The position numbers and the translations under genes are program-made. The notes under the pieces are model-generated. The model saw only the letters and a program-made list of their open reading frames with translations. It ran no database searches and was not told the origin of the DNA. Below, one piece after another: positions 26,060-33,443 of a stretch of 36,552 nucleotides of DNA. The stretch spans positions 1-36,552 of the forward strand of contig JACQUR010000066.1 of the NCBI GenBank assembly GCA_016210245.1, read 5' to 3'. Source of the DNA: Chloroflexota bacterium (GTDB lineage Bacteria; Chloroflexota; UBA6077; JACQUR01). Numbering within the stretch: position 1 is the stretch's first letter; every line of letters begins with the position of its first letter.

Positions 26060-26448
26060 ACCGCCCCCGCTCGGCGCACCTCGGGCACCTCGGCCCGTCG
26101 GTGGTCGCCACGTAGCTGGCCAGCGCCGTCCAGCGGTCGCAGCCGCTGGGCAGGAACGTGGCGCGGGCCAGGGGGGCACGCGGTAGCGGGGGTGGCGCTC
26201 CTGGGCGCCAGGGGGCGCCGTGGTCGTGTGGTCAACTTGGTCATGCCCAGGGTCTCCTTCTCCTGCTGTTAGGGGCTCTGCGGCCCGGTGGACGGCCGAT
26301 GCACGCAGGTTCCGGGTTGCGACAAAAGCGACATATGCGACCAAAGTCCGCCCCCTCTCTGGCCACCGTGGTGGTCATCGCGTCCTTCCATAGAAGTGGG
26401 CTCTGCGGCCCGGTGGGGGTCGGAACGTGGTGGCTCCGGCCGCCACCG

Positions 26449-26490
26449 GGCCACTCCCCCGGACGGAGGGCCCCGGCCGGGGGAGTGGCC
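26449..26490 (-). terminator. Strong hairpin directly after the stop of the 26491-26835 gene
   Basis: GGCCACTCCCCCGG (26449-26462) and CCGGGGGAGTGGCC (26477-26490) are perfect 14-bp complements. Confidence 0.7.
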
Positions 26491-26835
26491 CTACTCAGTC
26501 CCCAGCACCCAGCGCTCCCAGGACGCTGCGACCTTCACCACGTCCCCCGACTTCGCGGCCTCGCGTGAGGCCAGGAAGGTAGCCGCGGCCGCCAGCAGGG
26601 CCAGCCGTCGTGCCGCCTGCTCCGGGTCGGGCTGGGGCTCGCTCGGGTCCACCACGGCCAGGGCTCGAATCTGGCCGCCGTCGACTTCCACCCGAACCTG
26701 CTGGCCGCGGGCAACCTGGGGCACGTTGCCCGGATCTGCGAACCTGAGCCAGTGGCCCGCCAGGCGGAGGCCAGCCCGATTGACCACCTCAACCGTGCCG
26801 CTGAGGCTGTCTGCCTTGCCGTTCGTCGCCATCAT
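26491..26835 (-). CDS. Island hypothetical protein (114 aa), possibly OB-fold-like
   Basis: ATGATG at 26835/26832 follows GGAGAGAAGG. The sequence is MMATNGKADSLSGTVEVVNRAGLRLAGHWLRF...VRVEVDGGQIRALAVV. The fold guess rests on the beta-rich pattern only. Confidence 0.6.
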   Translation of the reverse strand: MMATNGKADSLSGTVEVVNRAGLRLAGHWLRFADPGNVPQVARGQQVRVEVDGGQIRALAVVDPSEPQPDPEQAARRLALLAAAATFLASREAAKSGDVVKVAASWERWVLGTE

Positions 26836-27156
26836 CGCCTTCTCTCCAGGGGGTGAACGCCCTTCGGCCGGGACCACCCGGCCGAAGGCGTTCCTGGGGC
26901 TCAGTCGCCAGCGCTATTGCTCCATGCCGTGCGGCAAGCGGGCAAGCTACTGGCGCCACGCCGACAAGCGCCGGGCCGAGAAACGCGAGCAGTACCACCG
27001 ACGGAAAGGCCAGCCCGCGGGCGAGGTGCCACCGGGGCAGGATGGCCAAGGCAGCGCGTAGCGTGCTCTGAGACGCACGTAGGGCCACAGGGCTCTTCGG
27101 CGCTCGGGGTGCGACTCCATGTAGCCGATGCCGAGGTCGGCGAGGGTGGGTCTATC

Positions 27157-27187
27157 GTCTGGCGGTAACACGATGTTAGCGCCAGAC
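27157..27187. repeat. Hairpin GTCTGGCG-GTAACACGATGTTAG-CGCCAGAC. Its core is near-identical to array spacer 2.
   Basis: Outer 8-bp arms are perfect complements. The inner GGTAACACGATGTTA (15 nt) is identical to the minus-sense reading of spacer 2. Confidence 0.85.
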
Positions 27188-27265
27188 GCACGTGGAAGGC
27201 CGACAGGGCTCTTCTCGGCTCAGGGTGGCTCCTGGACCACCGCAGGGTTGTGCGGGATCTCGGTC

Positions 27266-27688
27266 CTACCGCCACCCCAGCCGAGCCGCGATGGCGACCA
27301 GGATGCCCCGACGGCGCAGGTAGAACGTCTCGCGGCTGATGCACAACTCGTCGGCCACCTGCTGCACGGACCAGTGTCGCCAGTAGGCCAGCTCAACCAA
27401 ACGCCGATGCTCGAGTGGCAACTGCTCGTAGACAGCGTGGATGGTGTCCACCACGCGGGCCATTTCGCGCAGCAGACAGTCACTCGCCAGCAGGGTGGCG
27501 GCAAAGCCCGTAGGGTCGCTCACTCGGTGGGAGCCGCCGTGCAGACGGGTGTAGTCCCGCCCGAGCCCCTGGGTAGCAATCTCCTCACGGCGCTGCTCCA
27601 CGGCACGCCGCGTCTCCTGGTACGCCCGCAACTCGGCTTCCAGGAGACGGGCGGTTTCGGGGCGAAGGCGCGTATCGGCACACGTCAT
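27266..27688 (-). CDS. Sigma-70 region-4-like / phage late-activator-like (RinA/ArpU-style) regulator
   Basis: LPLEHRRLVELAYWRHWSVQQVADELCISRETFYLRRRGILVAIAARLGW is a region-4-type HTH. Its ATG overlaps the upstream stop (ATGA at 27685-27688). Confidence 0.65.
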   Translation of the reverse strand: MTCADTRLRPETARLLEAELRAYQETRRAVEQRREEIATQGLGRDYTRLHGGSHRVSDPTGFAATLLASDCLLREMARVVDTIHAVYEQLPLEHRRLVELAYWRHWSVQQVADELCISRETFYLRRRGILVAIAARLGWR

Positions 27689-27915
27689 TGGGCGTGCTGC
27701 TGGCGAAAGGCGTTGAATCTGGCCAGAGCCGCCTGCTGCTCGGGCGTGATGGCCGCGCCTGAGCCCGCGGACTGCCGCGCTCGTGCCAGCCCTTCGAGCA
27801 AATCCAGGTCGGCGTCGCTCACCTGGGACAACGCCCGCGCGGTCGCCACGTCGGCGCTCGGCGAGGCAGGCTCCCGCTGTTCCAGGCGTTGAATGCGTCC
27901 GCTCAACTTGCACAC
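27685..27915 (-). CDS. Island hypothetical protein (76 aa)
   Basis: Translationally coupled at both ends: a 13-nt overlap upstream and an ATGA overlap downstream. The sequence is helical. Confidence 0.55.
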   Translation of the reverse strand: MCKLSGRIQRLEQREPASPSADVATARALSQVSDADLDLLEGLARARQSAGSGAAITPEQQAALARFNAFRQQHAQ

Positions 27916-28310
27916 GGTCGTGCCTCCTTCCGTTGCGCCGCGCCCGCCTCCAACTCGGCCACCCGCCGCTCCAGGTTCTCACTCTCACGCAGCCTGACGC
28001 CCAGCTCCAGAATCGCTTTCGCCGCGCCCAACCTGGTGGCAGGCGGGCCGCTCGCCAGCAATCCCCGCAGGGCGGTTACCGCCTCGCCCGAGGCCGCGCC
28101 CAGGGCAGCCACCGCCGATGCCAGCGTCGCAGCCTGCGCCGCGGCCAACTGGCTGCGGAAGGCGGGATCTGCCAGTCGACGGCGTACCGTCCGCTCGCTG
28201 ACGCCCGCCTGCTTGGCCGCGCTCTGGAGAGTCTGGCCGCCCGACAAGGCGACCACCAGGGCCGAATCGGCGCTGTGGCGGCCATTGGCGGCCACTGGCG
28301 GCCTCATCAC
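27903..28310 (-). CDS. HTH protein of the type often annotated as phage small terminase / HTH_23-like
   Basis: LSGGQTLQSAAKQAGVSERTVRRRLADPAFRSQL, followed by ...RLGAAKAILELG...ENLERRVAELE. An ATGA overlap links it to the upstream gene. Confidence 0.6.
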   Translation of the reverse strand: MMRPPVAANGRHSADSALVVALSGGQTLQSAAKQAGVSERTVRRRLADPAFRSQLAAAQAATLASAVAALGAASGEAVTALRGLLASGPPATRLGAAKAILELGVRLRESENLERRVAELEAGAAQRKEARPCAS

Positions 28311-28756
28311 GCGCCCGCCATGAGCAGGGCCAGGCTCGTCCGCCGCGCGGCCAACTTCTCCTCGGACGCAGCGTGCCGCCGTCGCCGCGCGGCCAGTTCG
28401 CCCTCGGCGTCCCGAATCGCGGCCGCGCTGGTCGCTACCTGGTTCTCGGCATCCGCGATGCCGTGATGCAGGCCGACGATTACCATCTCCACGTCGCCGC
28501 GCACGGTCGCTGCCCGCTCGCGCTGGCGGGTTAACTCGAGCGCTCGGCCCCGTAGGCGGGCGAGAACTAGTTCCAAGCCGTCGCGCTGGCTCACCAGCCT
28601 GGCCAGCGTCGATGGGTCGGGGGGCGCCACGTCGAACGCGCGGTTCAACTCAGCCAGTTCGTGTTCCCGCCGTTGCACCTCGCGGCCTGCGTCCTGCTCC
28701 CGCTGTTGCGCCTGCTGCTCCTGCTCGATTGCTTGGGCCAGTGTTATCGTTGCCAT
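28307..28756 (-). CDS. Island coiled-coil protein (149 aa)
   Basis: ATG at 28756 follows AAGGAG. The sequence is Gln/Glu/Arg-rich with heptad-like character. Confidence 0.6.
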   Translation of the reverse strand: MATITLAQAIEQEQQAQQREQDAGREVQRREHELAELNRAFDVAPPDPSTLARLVSQRDGLELVLARLRGRALELTRQRERAATVRGDVEMVIVGLHHGIADAENQVATSAAAIRDAEGELAARRRRHAASEEKLAARRTSLALLMAGA

Positions 28757-29032
28757 GACGTTGCTCCTTGTTGCGTTGGGTTGGGGCCGAACGGGTTAGC
28801 CTGCCATTCGTGCTCGGCAAGGAACGCCTTGAGACTACCGCGCCGCATCAGCCTGTCTCGCTGGCCCGCTACCACGCCTTGCTCGGGTGCCGTGAGCGTC
28901 GCGGTCGGCACGTCGACCACCCAGGCCGTTGCCAGGGCGCCGTGAGCGTCGCCCGAGCAAGGCGTGGTAGCGGGCCAGCAACTCGCCCACCGTCCTGGGT
29001 GGGGTCGGGGTGGTCGTCTGCGTCGACTTCAC
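28744..29032 (-). pseudogene. Small island gene whose coding signal switches frame inside an inverted repeat (frameshifted or recoded)
   Basis: GTG at 29032 overlaps the upstream TGA (GTGA) and reads VKSTQTTTPTPPRTVGELLARYHALLG with very high third-position GC. Past about 28950 the +1 frame carries the coding-like signal (DAHGALATAWVVDVPTATLTAPEQGVVAGQRDRLMRRGSLKAFLAEHEW...) and ends at the TAA at 28744. Confidence 0.35.
28861..28978. repeat. Perfect 27-bp inverted repeat separated by 64 bp, with a 14-bp direct repeat on the inner side of each arm
   Basis: ctggcccgctaccacgccttgctcggg (28861-28887) and cccgagcaaggcgtggtagcgggccag (28952-28978). gccgtgagcgtcgc occurs at 28889-28902 and 28939-28952. 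Confidence 0.95.
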
Positions 29033-29502
29033 CTTCGCCCCTCCAATCCGCCCCGCTGCACCTCGACCACGGCCATGACAGCCCGTGCCGCCGCCTCCGT
29101 GCAGGGCAGGCAGCGGTAGATCCGCTCTGGTAGCAGTTCAGCACCGCACCCCAAGCATGCCTGCGGTCGGGGCAGCAGGTGGTCGGGCTGGGCAGGGTAG
29201 AGCGGCAAGCCCTGCTCGCACCAGGAGCAGCGCTCGGCCTGCTGCTCGGGGTAACTCAGCCAACGGCGATGGGTCGGGCAGTAGCCACCCATGTCGGCGG
29301 GCAACAACAGCGGGGGTGCCGCAACGGTTGCGAGTTGCTGGTCAGCCAGGATGCGCAACAACTCGGGCTTGTGGGCCAGCAGTTCGGCCTTCAACTCGGG
29401 TGTGAGTGTACCCCTGGGCGCGCTCACACGCAGGTGCTCACCATCGACTCTCAGGCGCACGTCCGCCGCGCCCAGTCGCTCCAGTAATGTGGCCGCGCTC
29501 AT
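29029..29502 (-). CDS. Protein with a TubC-N-like docking-type N-terminus and a Cys-rich (zinc-ribbon-like) C-terminus
   Basis: LLERLGAADVRLRVDGEHLRVSAPRGTLTPELKAELLAHKPELLRIL, then CPTH...CSWC...CLGC...CLPC. Confidence 0.65.
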   Translation of the reverse strand: MSAATLLERLGAADVRLRVDGEHLRVSAPRGTLTPELKAELLAHKPELLRILADQQLATVAAPPLLLPADMGGYCPTHRRWLSYPEQQAERCSWCEQGLPLYPAQPDHLLPRPQACLGCGAELLPERIYRCLPCTEAAARAVMAVVEVQRGGLEGRR

Positions 29503-30863
29503 AGCTGGGCCTCCTCTCGTTCGGTCGGGGTGGGTGCCCAGGGCAGTTCGCCCCCGAAGGTGCTCATCGGGGGCTGAAGGTGCTCATTATTCTGGACGTG
29601 AGCATCTTCGGGGTGGATGAGCATCTTCGGGGGCAGTTGCCACGTCCAGGGCCCGGCCATGCCCTGCTTGGTGGGCGTGATGCCCAGGGCGGTCTTGGCT
29701 CGGCGCAGCGTAATCTCGCTGATGCCTGCCGCTCGCGCCTCGCGCTGTACGTCTTTCGCTGGGCTCGGCCCGTCCGCCAGCAGCTCGCGCAGGAAGTCCC
29801 TTGCCTCGGCCAGCGCGCCCCGTTCCTCCCCGTCGGCGCTCTGTGCCAGCAGTGATGACGCAGTGTGTTGCACCGCACCCTCCCAGACCACGCGCACGGC
29901 GCCGCCTGCAACAGCCTCCAGGTGGTAGGCCAGCGCTGGCGGGGGCTCGGACAGGTTAGACTTGCTGCTGGCCAGGATGCGACGCGCCCCGTCGGGCAGG
30001 TCAGGGTCTGGCGCCACCAGCAACCCGCTCCGCACGGCGCCAATGATGCCGATGCTACCGCCGCCACGATAGAGCGGGTTGCCCCCCGTCGCCTTGTTCA
30101 GGTGGCGCACGGCCACCACGGCTACGTCTGTTTCGGCAGCTAAGGCGGCCAAGGGTGCCAGCACTCGCCGCACGTCCGCGTCGCGGAAGCTATTGGTGGC
30201 GCTGGGTAGAAACGCCATCACGGGATCCACGACCACCAGTCGGGCGTCGACGCGGGCGATGGCCTCGCGGATGGCGTCCAGGTCGGCCACAGTCGGCAGG
30301 TCCGGGCGCGCCGTCGCCGGTCGCTCGGGGTCGGGACTGGGTTCGAGCCGCAGCACTGCCTTGAGCGCCACGATGCGCGATACATCCGCCCCGGCCGCAT
30401 CTAAGCGGGGACGGATGGTATCGGCTAAGTCATCCTCAGCAGACAACAACACCACTCCGGCCGGCCCATCCAGGTCGCTCCGGGCGCCGTCGGGCATGGT
30501 GCCCCCCACGCTCACCCTGGCGGCCAGGTCTGTGGTGATGGCGGATTTGCCCAAGCCTGGGTCCCCGTCCAAAACGGTGAGTTTGCCCAGGGGCACACGC
30601 CCAGGCCACAGCCAGGAGACGCGCTCGGGCTGCACGTCGGCCAGCGAGACCAGGACCGCCCCCGTGGCTGGGGCGGGTTGAGGCGGGGGCATGGTGGTTG
30701 CGGGTGGCGCCGCGTGGTCCTGCCCGTTGCGGGTGGCGCCCGTCGCCGTCTCGGGCCCGGGCTCGCCAGCGCGCAACAGCGTGAACTGCCAGTGCGCACC
30801 GTCGAAATGGTCCCGGTAGTGCTCGCCCTGCTCGGGACGGCACTGAGCGATGCAGTCGTGCAT
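29499..30863 (-). CDS. AAA_25/RepA-like (RecA-fold) replication ATPase
   Basis: WLWPGRVPLGKLTVLDGDPGLGKSAITTDLAARVS (Walker A), VVLLSAEDD, and the C-terminal HTH-like ARAAGISEITLRRAKTALGI. I chose the ATG at 30863, which overlaps the upstream stop (TGATG). Confidence 0.8.
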   Translation of the reverse strand: MHDCIAQCRPEQGEHYRDHFDGAHWQFTLLRAGEPGPETATGATRNGQDHAAPPATTMPPPQPAPATGAVLVSLADVQPERVSWLWPGRVPLGKLTVLDGDPGLGKSAITTDLAARVSVGGTMPDGARSDLDGPAGVVLLSAEDDLADTIRPRLDAAGADVSRIVALKAVLRLEPSPDPERPATARPDLPTVADLDAIREAIARVDARLVVVDPVMAFLPSATNSFRDADVRRVLAPLAALAAETDVAVVAVRHLNKATGGNPLYRGGGSIGIIGAVRSGLLVAPDPDLPDGARRILASSKSNLSEPPPALAYHLEAVAGGAVRVVWEGAVQHTASSLLAQSADGEERGALAEARDFLRELLADGPSPAKDVQREARAAGISEITLRRAKTALGITPTKQGMAGPWTWQLPPKMLIHPEDAHVQNNEHLQPPMSTFGGELPWAPTPTEREEAQL

Positions 30864-31114
30864 CACGCTGCACCCCGCTGGTCGCGGCAGTAGCAGCACC
30901 CGCACGGGTCGGGCAGTATGTTCCGCTCCGCCGCCACCTCGGCCGGCGGGATGGTCGCACGGTGGCACCCGCTGCCCACCGGCGGATACGCGGGCACCAG
31001 CCGACCGGCGGCGCCCTGCCGCCAGGCGCCCAGCAGCTCGCACACCACGATACCGTCCCTATAGCTGCGCAGCACGCGATGGCCGCGGGGGCAGTGGGTC
31101 GTATCAGTGGCCAC
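30863..31114 (-). CDS. Small Cys-rich island protein (83 aa)
   Basis: High third-position GC. Cys/His clusters HCPRGH, VVCE, GCH and PCGCCYC. It is coupled to both neighbours. Confidence 0.5.
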   Translation of the reverse strand: MATDTTHCPRGHRVLRSYRDGIVVCELLGAWRQGAAGRLVPAYPPVGSGCHRATIPPAEVAAERNILPDPCGCCYCRDQRGAA

Positions 31115-31304
31115 TGCCCGCCACCTCGGCCATGCGGTCGCGGACGAACCGCTCGACCTCGGCCGCCGGGACGCGCATGGCCGAGCCGACGCGGATGGCC
31201 CGTAGCTCGCCGCGGGCGAGTAGCTCGTACGCGACCGTGCGGCTCACGCCCAGCGCCTCTGCCGCTTCCGCCACGCGGTACAGGACTCGTCCTACTGCTG
31301 CCAT
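31104..31304 (-). CDS. Excisionase/AlpA-MerR-like HTH DNA-binding protein
   Basis: LYRVAEAAEALGVSRTVAYELLARGELRAIRVGSAMRVPAAEVERFV is the classic Xis-type HTH_17 pattern. RBS is GGAGGT. Confidence 0.8.
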   Translation of the reverse strand: MAAVGRVLYRVAEAAEALGVSRTVAYELLARGELRAIRVGSAMRVPAAEVERFVRDRMAEVAGSGH

Positions 31305-31325
31305 GTCATACCTCCGTTCGGGCAG

Positions 31326-31398
31326 TTGCGTTCCGCCCGTGTCCGTAGTATACTATTCCCGATGTGGCGAAAGGGTCGGCACATCGCGGCCACATCGC
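31326..31398. promoter_or_regulatory. Divergent switch region: TTGCGT-N17-TATACT promoter with a palindromic -10 (AGTATACT), plus operator-like repeats
   Basis: TTGCGT at 31326-31331 and TATACT at 31349-31354. AGTATACT reads the same on both strands. GATGTGGC at 31361-31368 is inverted relative to GCCACATC at 31389-31396. CACATCGC is direct at 31380 and 31391. Confidence 0.4.
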
Positions 31399-31426
31399 CA
31401 TTTCAGTGGGGCGGGAGGGAGGCGAC

Positions 31427-32131
31427 ATGCCACAGAAGCCGATAGCCCAGGATTGGCGGGACCAGGTGTACACCCTGTGCGGCTCGGGCAGGAAGCGCTC
31501 AGTCGTAGAGATGTTCCAGCTTCTAGAGGCGGAGGGAATCAGGCTCGGGCGAAACGACTATCCGAGCAAGCGCTCACTCAACCGAATCCGAGACGACTTC
31601 CACCGGCTGCCCGAGCCGCAGCAGCGCGAGTACGGCCAGGTACGCTGGCCAGACAGCTTCGGGCGGGGCGACCTCCCCTGGGAGGCCGGCCGCGCGGCGC
31701 TGGACTTGCTCCGCTTCCACGATGAGCAGGGGCTCGACCGTCCAACCGTGCGCCATGTCCGCTGGTTCTGGCGCGTGGGCATGGCGGCTCCTGGAATCCC
31801 CACCCAGGACGCGGACCGGTTGTCCGAGCACCTTGCCACTGCCGAGTTTTTGGCCGTGGCCAATCTCGGGACCACGGAGGTTCAGGGGCTCGAATGGCTG
31901 CTCGCCTACCAGCCGTGGCGGAGCGACGATGATGCCGCGGCCTACCAACGCCTGGCCGCACGGCAGGACGTACCCAGGTATCCCACGCTGGTGGCGACCA
32001 GCGTCCTGGATGGCACCCCCGAGGCGCTCAGGAGCTTCTATCAGGCTCTGCTCGGCCCCACGTCCGGACAGGAGCGGTACGAGCAGGTCGCCCGTGCCCT
32101 CTATAAGGAAGGAGAGGCCACCGATGGCTAA
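31427..32131 (+). CDS. Island hypothetical protein (234 aa) upstream of and overlapping the integrase
   Basis: ATG at 31427 follows GGGAGGGAGG. It overlaps the integrase start by 8 nt. No family recognised. Confidence 0.65.
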   Translation: MPQKPIAQDWRDQVYTLCGSGRKRSVVEMFQLLEAEGIRLGRNDYPSKRSLNRIRDDFHRLPEPQQREYGQVRWPDSFGRGDLPWEAGRAALDLLRFHDEQGLDRPTVRHVRWFWRVGMAAPGIPTQDADRLSEHLATAEFLAVANLGTTEVQGLEWLLAYQPWRSDDDAAAYQRLAARQDVPRYPTLVATSVLDGTPEALRSFYQALLGPTSGQERYEQVARALYKEGEATDG

Positions 32132-33275
32132 GCAACGCGGCCGCCGTGGGCACGGGGAGGGTTCGATTCATCAGCGCGAGGATGGCCGCTGGGTGGCGGT
32201 CGTCGACCAGGGTTGGAAGGACGGCAAGCGCCAACGCAAGTACCTCTACGGAGAGACGCGCAGGGAGGTGAGCGAGAAGTTGAAGGCAGCGCTGCACGAC
32301 CAGGCGGCAGGCCTGCCGTTGCCCTCAGAGCGGCAGACGGTGGGCCAGTTCCTGGAGCGCTGGTTAGAGGATTCGGCCAAGCCCAATGTACGCCCCCGGA
32401 CCTTCACCCGCTACCACGACCTGCTCACCCTGCATGCCATCCCGACGCTCGGCAAGCGCCCCCTGGCCAAACTCTCGGCCCAGGACCTCCAGGCGCTGTA
32501 CGGCCAGAAACTTGACCAGCTCGCCGCGCGCACGGTCGGCCACCTCCACCGGGTGCTGCATTGCGCGCTACGGGACGCGCTGCGCTGGGGGCTGGTGGCG
32601 CGGAACGTGTGCGATGCCGTCCAGCCGCCCAAGGTGGCGCGCCCGGAGATGCAGGTGCTTGCGCCCGAGCAGGCGCGCCAGTTGCTCGCCGCTGCCGATG
32701 GGGAGCCCCTGGAGGCGCTGTACGTGCTGGCCGTCACGGCCGGACTGCGCCAGGGCGAGTTGTTCGGCCTGAAGTGGCAGGACCTCGACCTCGAGGCCGG
32801 CCGGCTCCAGGTGCGCCGCACCCTGGGCCGTGTGCGCAAGCAGGGCTTCCTGGAGAGCGAGCCCAAGAGCGCCCGCAGCCGCCGCAGCATCACCCTCACG
32901 CCCCTGGCCATCGGCGCGCTTCGGCACCACCGGGCGCGCCAACTCGAGCAGCGGTTGGCAGTCGGCTCGGCCTGGGAAGACCGCGGGCTGGTCTTCTGCA
33001 ACGCGGTCGGTCGGCCCCTGGAGCCCAGCAACCTGCTGCGCCGCTCGTGGCGGCCGCTGCTGAAGAAGGCTGGCCTGCCCCGGATCCGCTTCCACGACTT
33101 GCGCCATACCGCAGCCACGCTCCTGCTCGCCCAAGGGGTGCATCCCAAGATAGTTCAGGAGATGCTCGGCCACAGCACCATCAGCCTCACCCTGGACACC
33201 TACTCCCACCTCCTGCCCAACCTCCAGGACGAAGCGGCCGCCAAGATGCAGGCCATCCTGGTCCGCCTGAAGTAG
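32124..33275 (+). CDS. Tyrosine recombinase / phage integrase
   Basis: ATG at 32124 follows AAGGAAGGAGAGG. The N-terminal arm/SAM-like region is GSIHQREDGRWVAVVDQG...KRQRKYLYGETRREV. The catalytic region is GLRQGEL...RFHDLRHTAATLLL...LGHSTISLTLDTYSH. Confidence 0.9.
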   Translation: MAKQRGRRGHGEGSIHQREDGRWVAVVDQGWKDGKRQRKYLYGETRREVSEKLKAALHDQAAGLPLPSERQTVGQFLERWLEDSAKPNVRPRTFTRYHDLLTLHAIPTLGKRPLAKLSAQDLQALYGQKLDQLAARTVGHLHRVLHCALRDALRWGLVARNVCDAVQPPKVARPEMQVLAPEQARQLLAAADGEPLEALYVLAVTAGLRQGELFGLKWQDLDLEAGRLQVRRTLGRVRKQGFLESEPKSARSRRSITLTPLAIGALRHHRARQLEQRLAVGSAWEDRGLVFCNAVGRPLEPSNLLRRSWRPLLKKAGLPRIRFHDLRHTAATLLLAQGVHPKIVQEMLGHSTISLTLDTYSHLLPNLQDEAAAKMQAILVRLK

Positions 33276-33294
33276 CCCGCGCGGCACCCGAACC

Positions 33295-33335
33295 AAACGC
33301 CCCGGCATGGTCCCGAAGGCCATCCCGGGGCGTTT
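33295..33335 (+). terminator. Intrinsic terminator of the integrase gene
   Basis: AAACGCCCCGG (33295-33305) pairs with CCGGGGCGTTT (33325-33335). It lies 20 nt after the stop. Confidence 0.65.
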
Positions 33336-33356
33336 GGCTGTCAGTTAGGCTGTCAA
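33336..33356 (+). repeat. Arm-type repeat pair GGCTGTCAG-N3-GGCTGTCAA (right end)
   Basis: gtttggctgtcagttaggctgtcaa, the counterpart of 25774-25794. Confidence 0.6.
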
Positions 33357-33443
33357 GCGGGCGGGCTGCCCGCGCCCAGGGTCGGAAACCCTCCCGAAAA
33401 CCACAACATCTTGTGGTTGACCGCATCAAAACCACAAGATGTT

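Noticed and set aside
25675-26244. 189-aa minus-strand ORF with a good RBS (GGAGAAGGAGA) and an ATG at 26244 that runs through the whole repeat array.
   Set aside because: The 61-bp period forces a different frame through each repeat (GRPRAGGSH / RTPTGGRLAR / DAHGRAART). The product is Pro/Arg/Gly-rich and low in complexity. Open frames of this length are expected by chance at this GC content. The RBS and ATG may still mark a short leader peptide or transcript start, and I note this under the findings.
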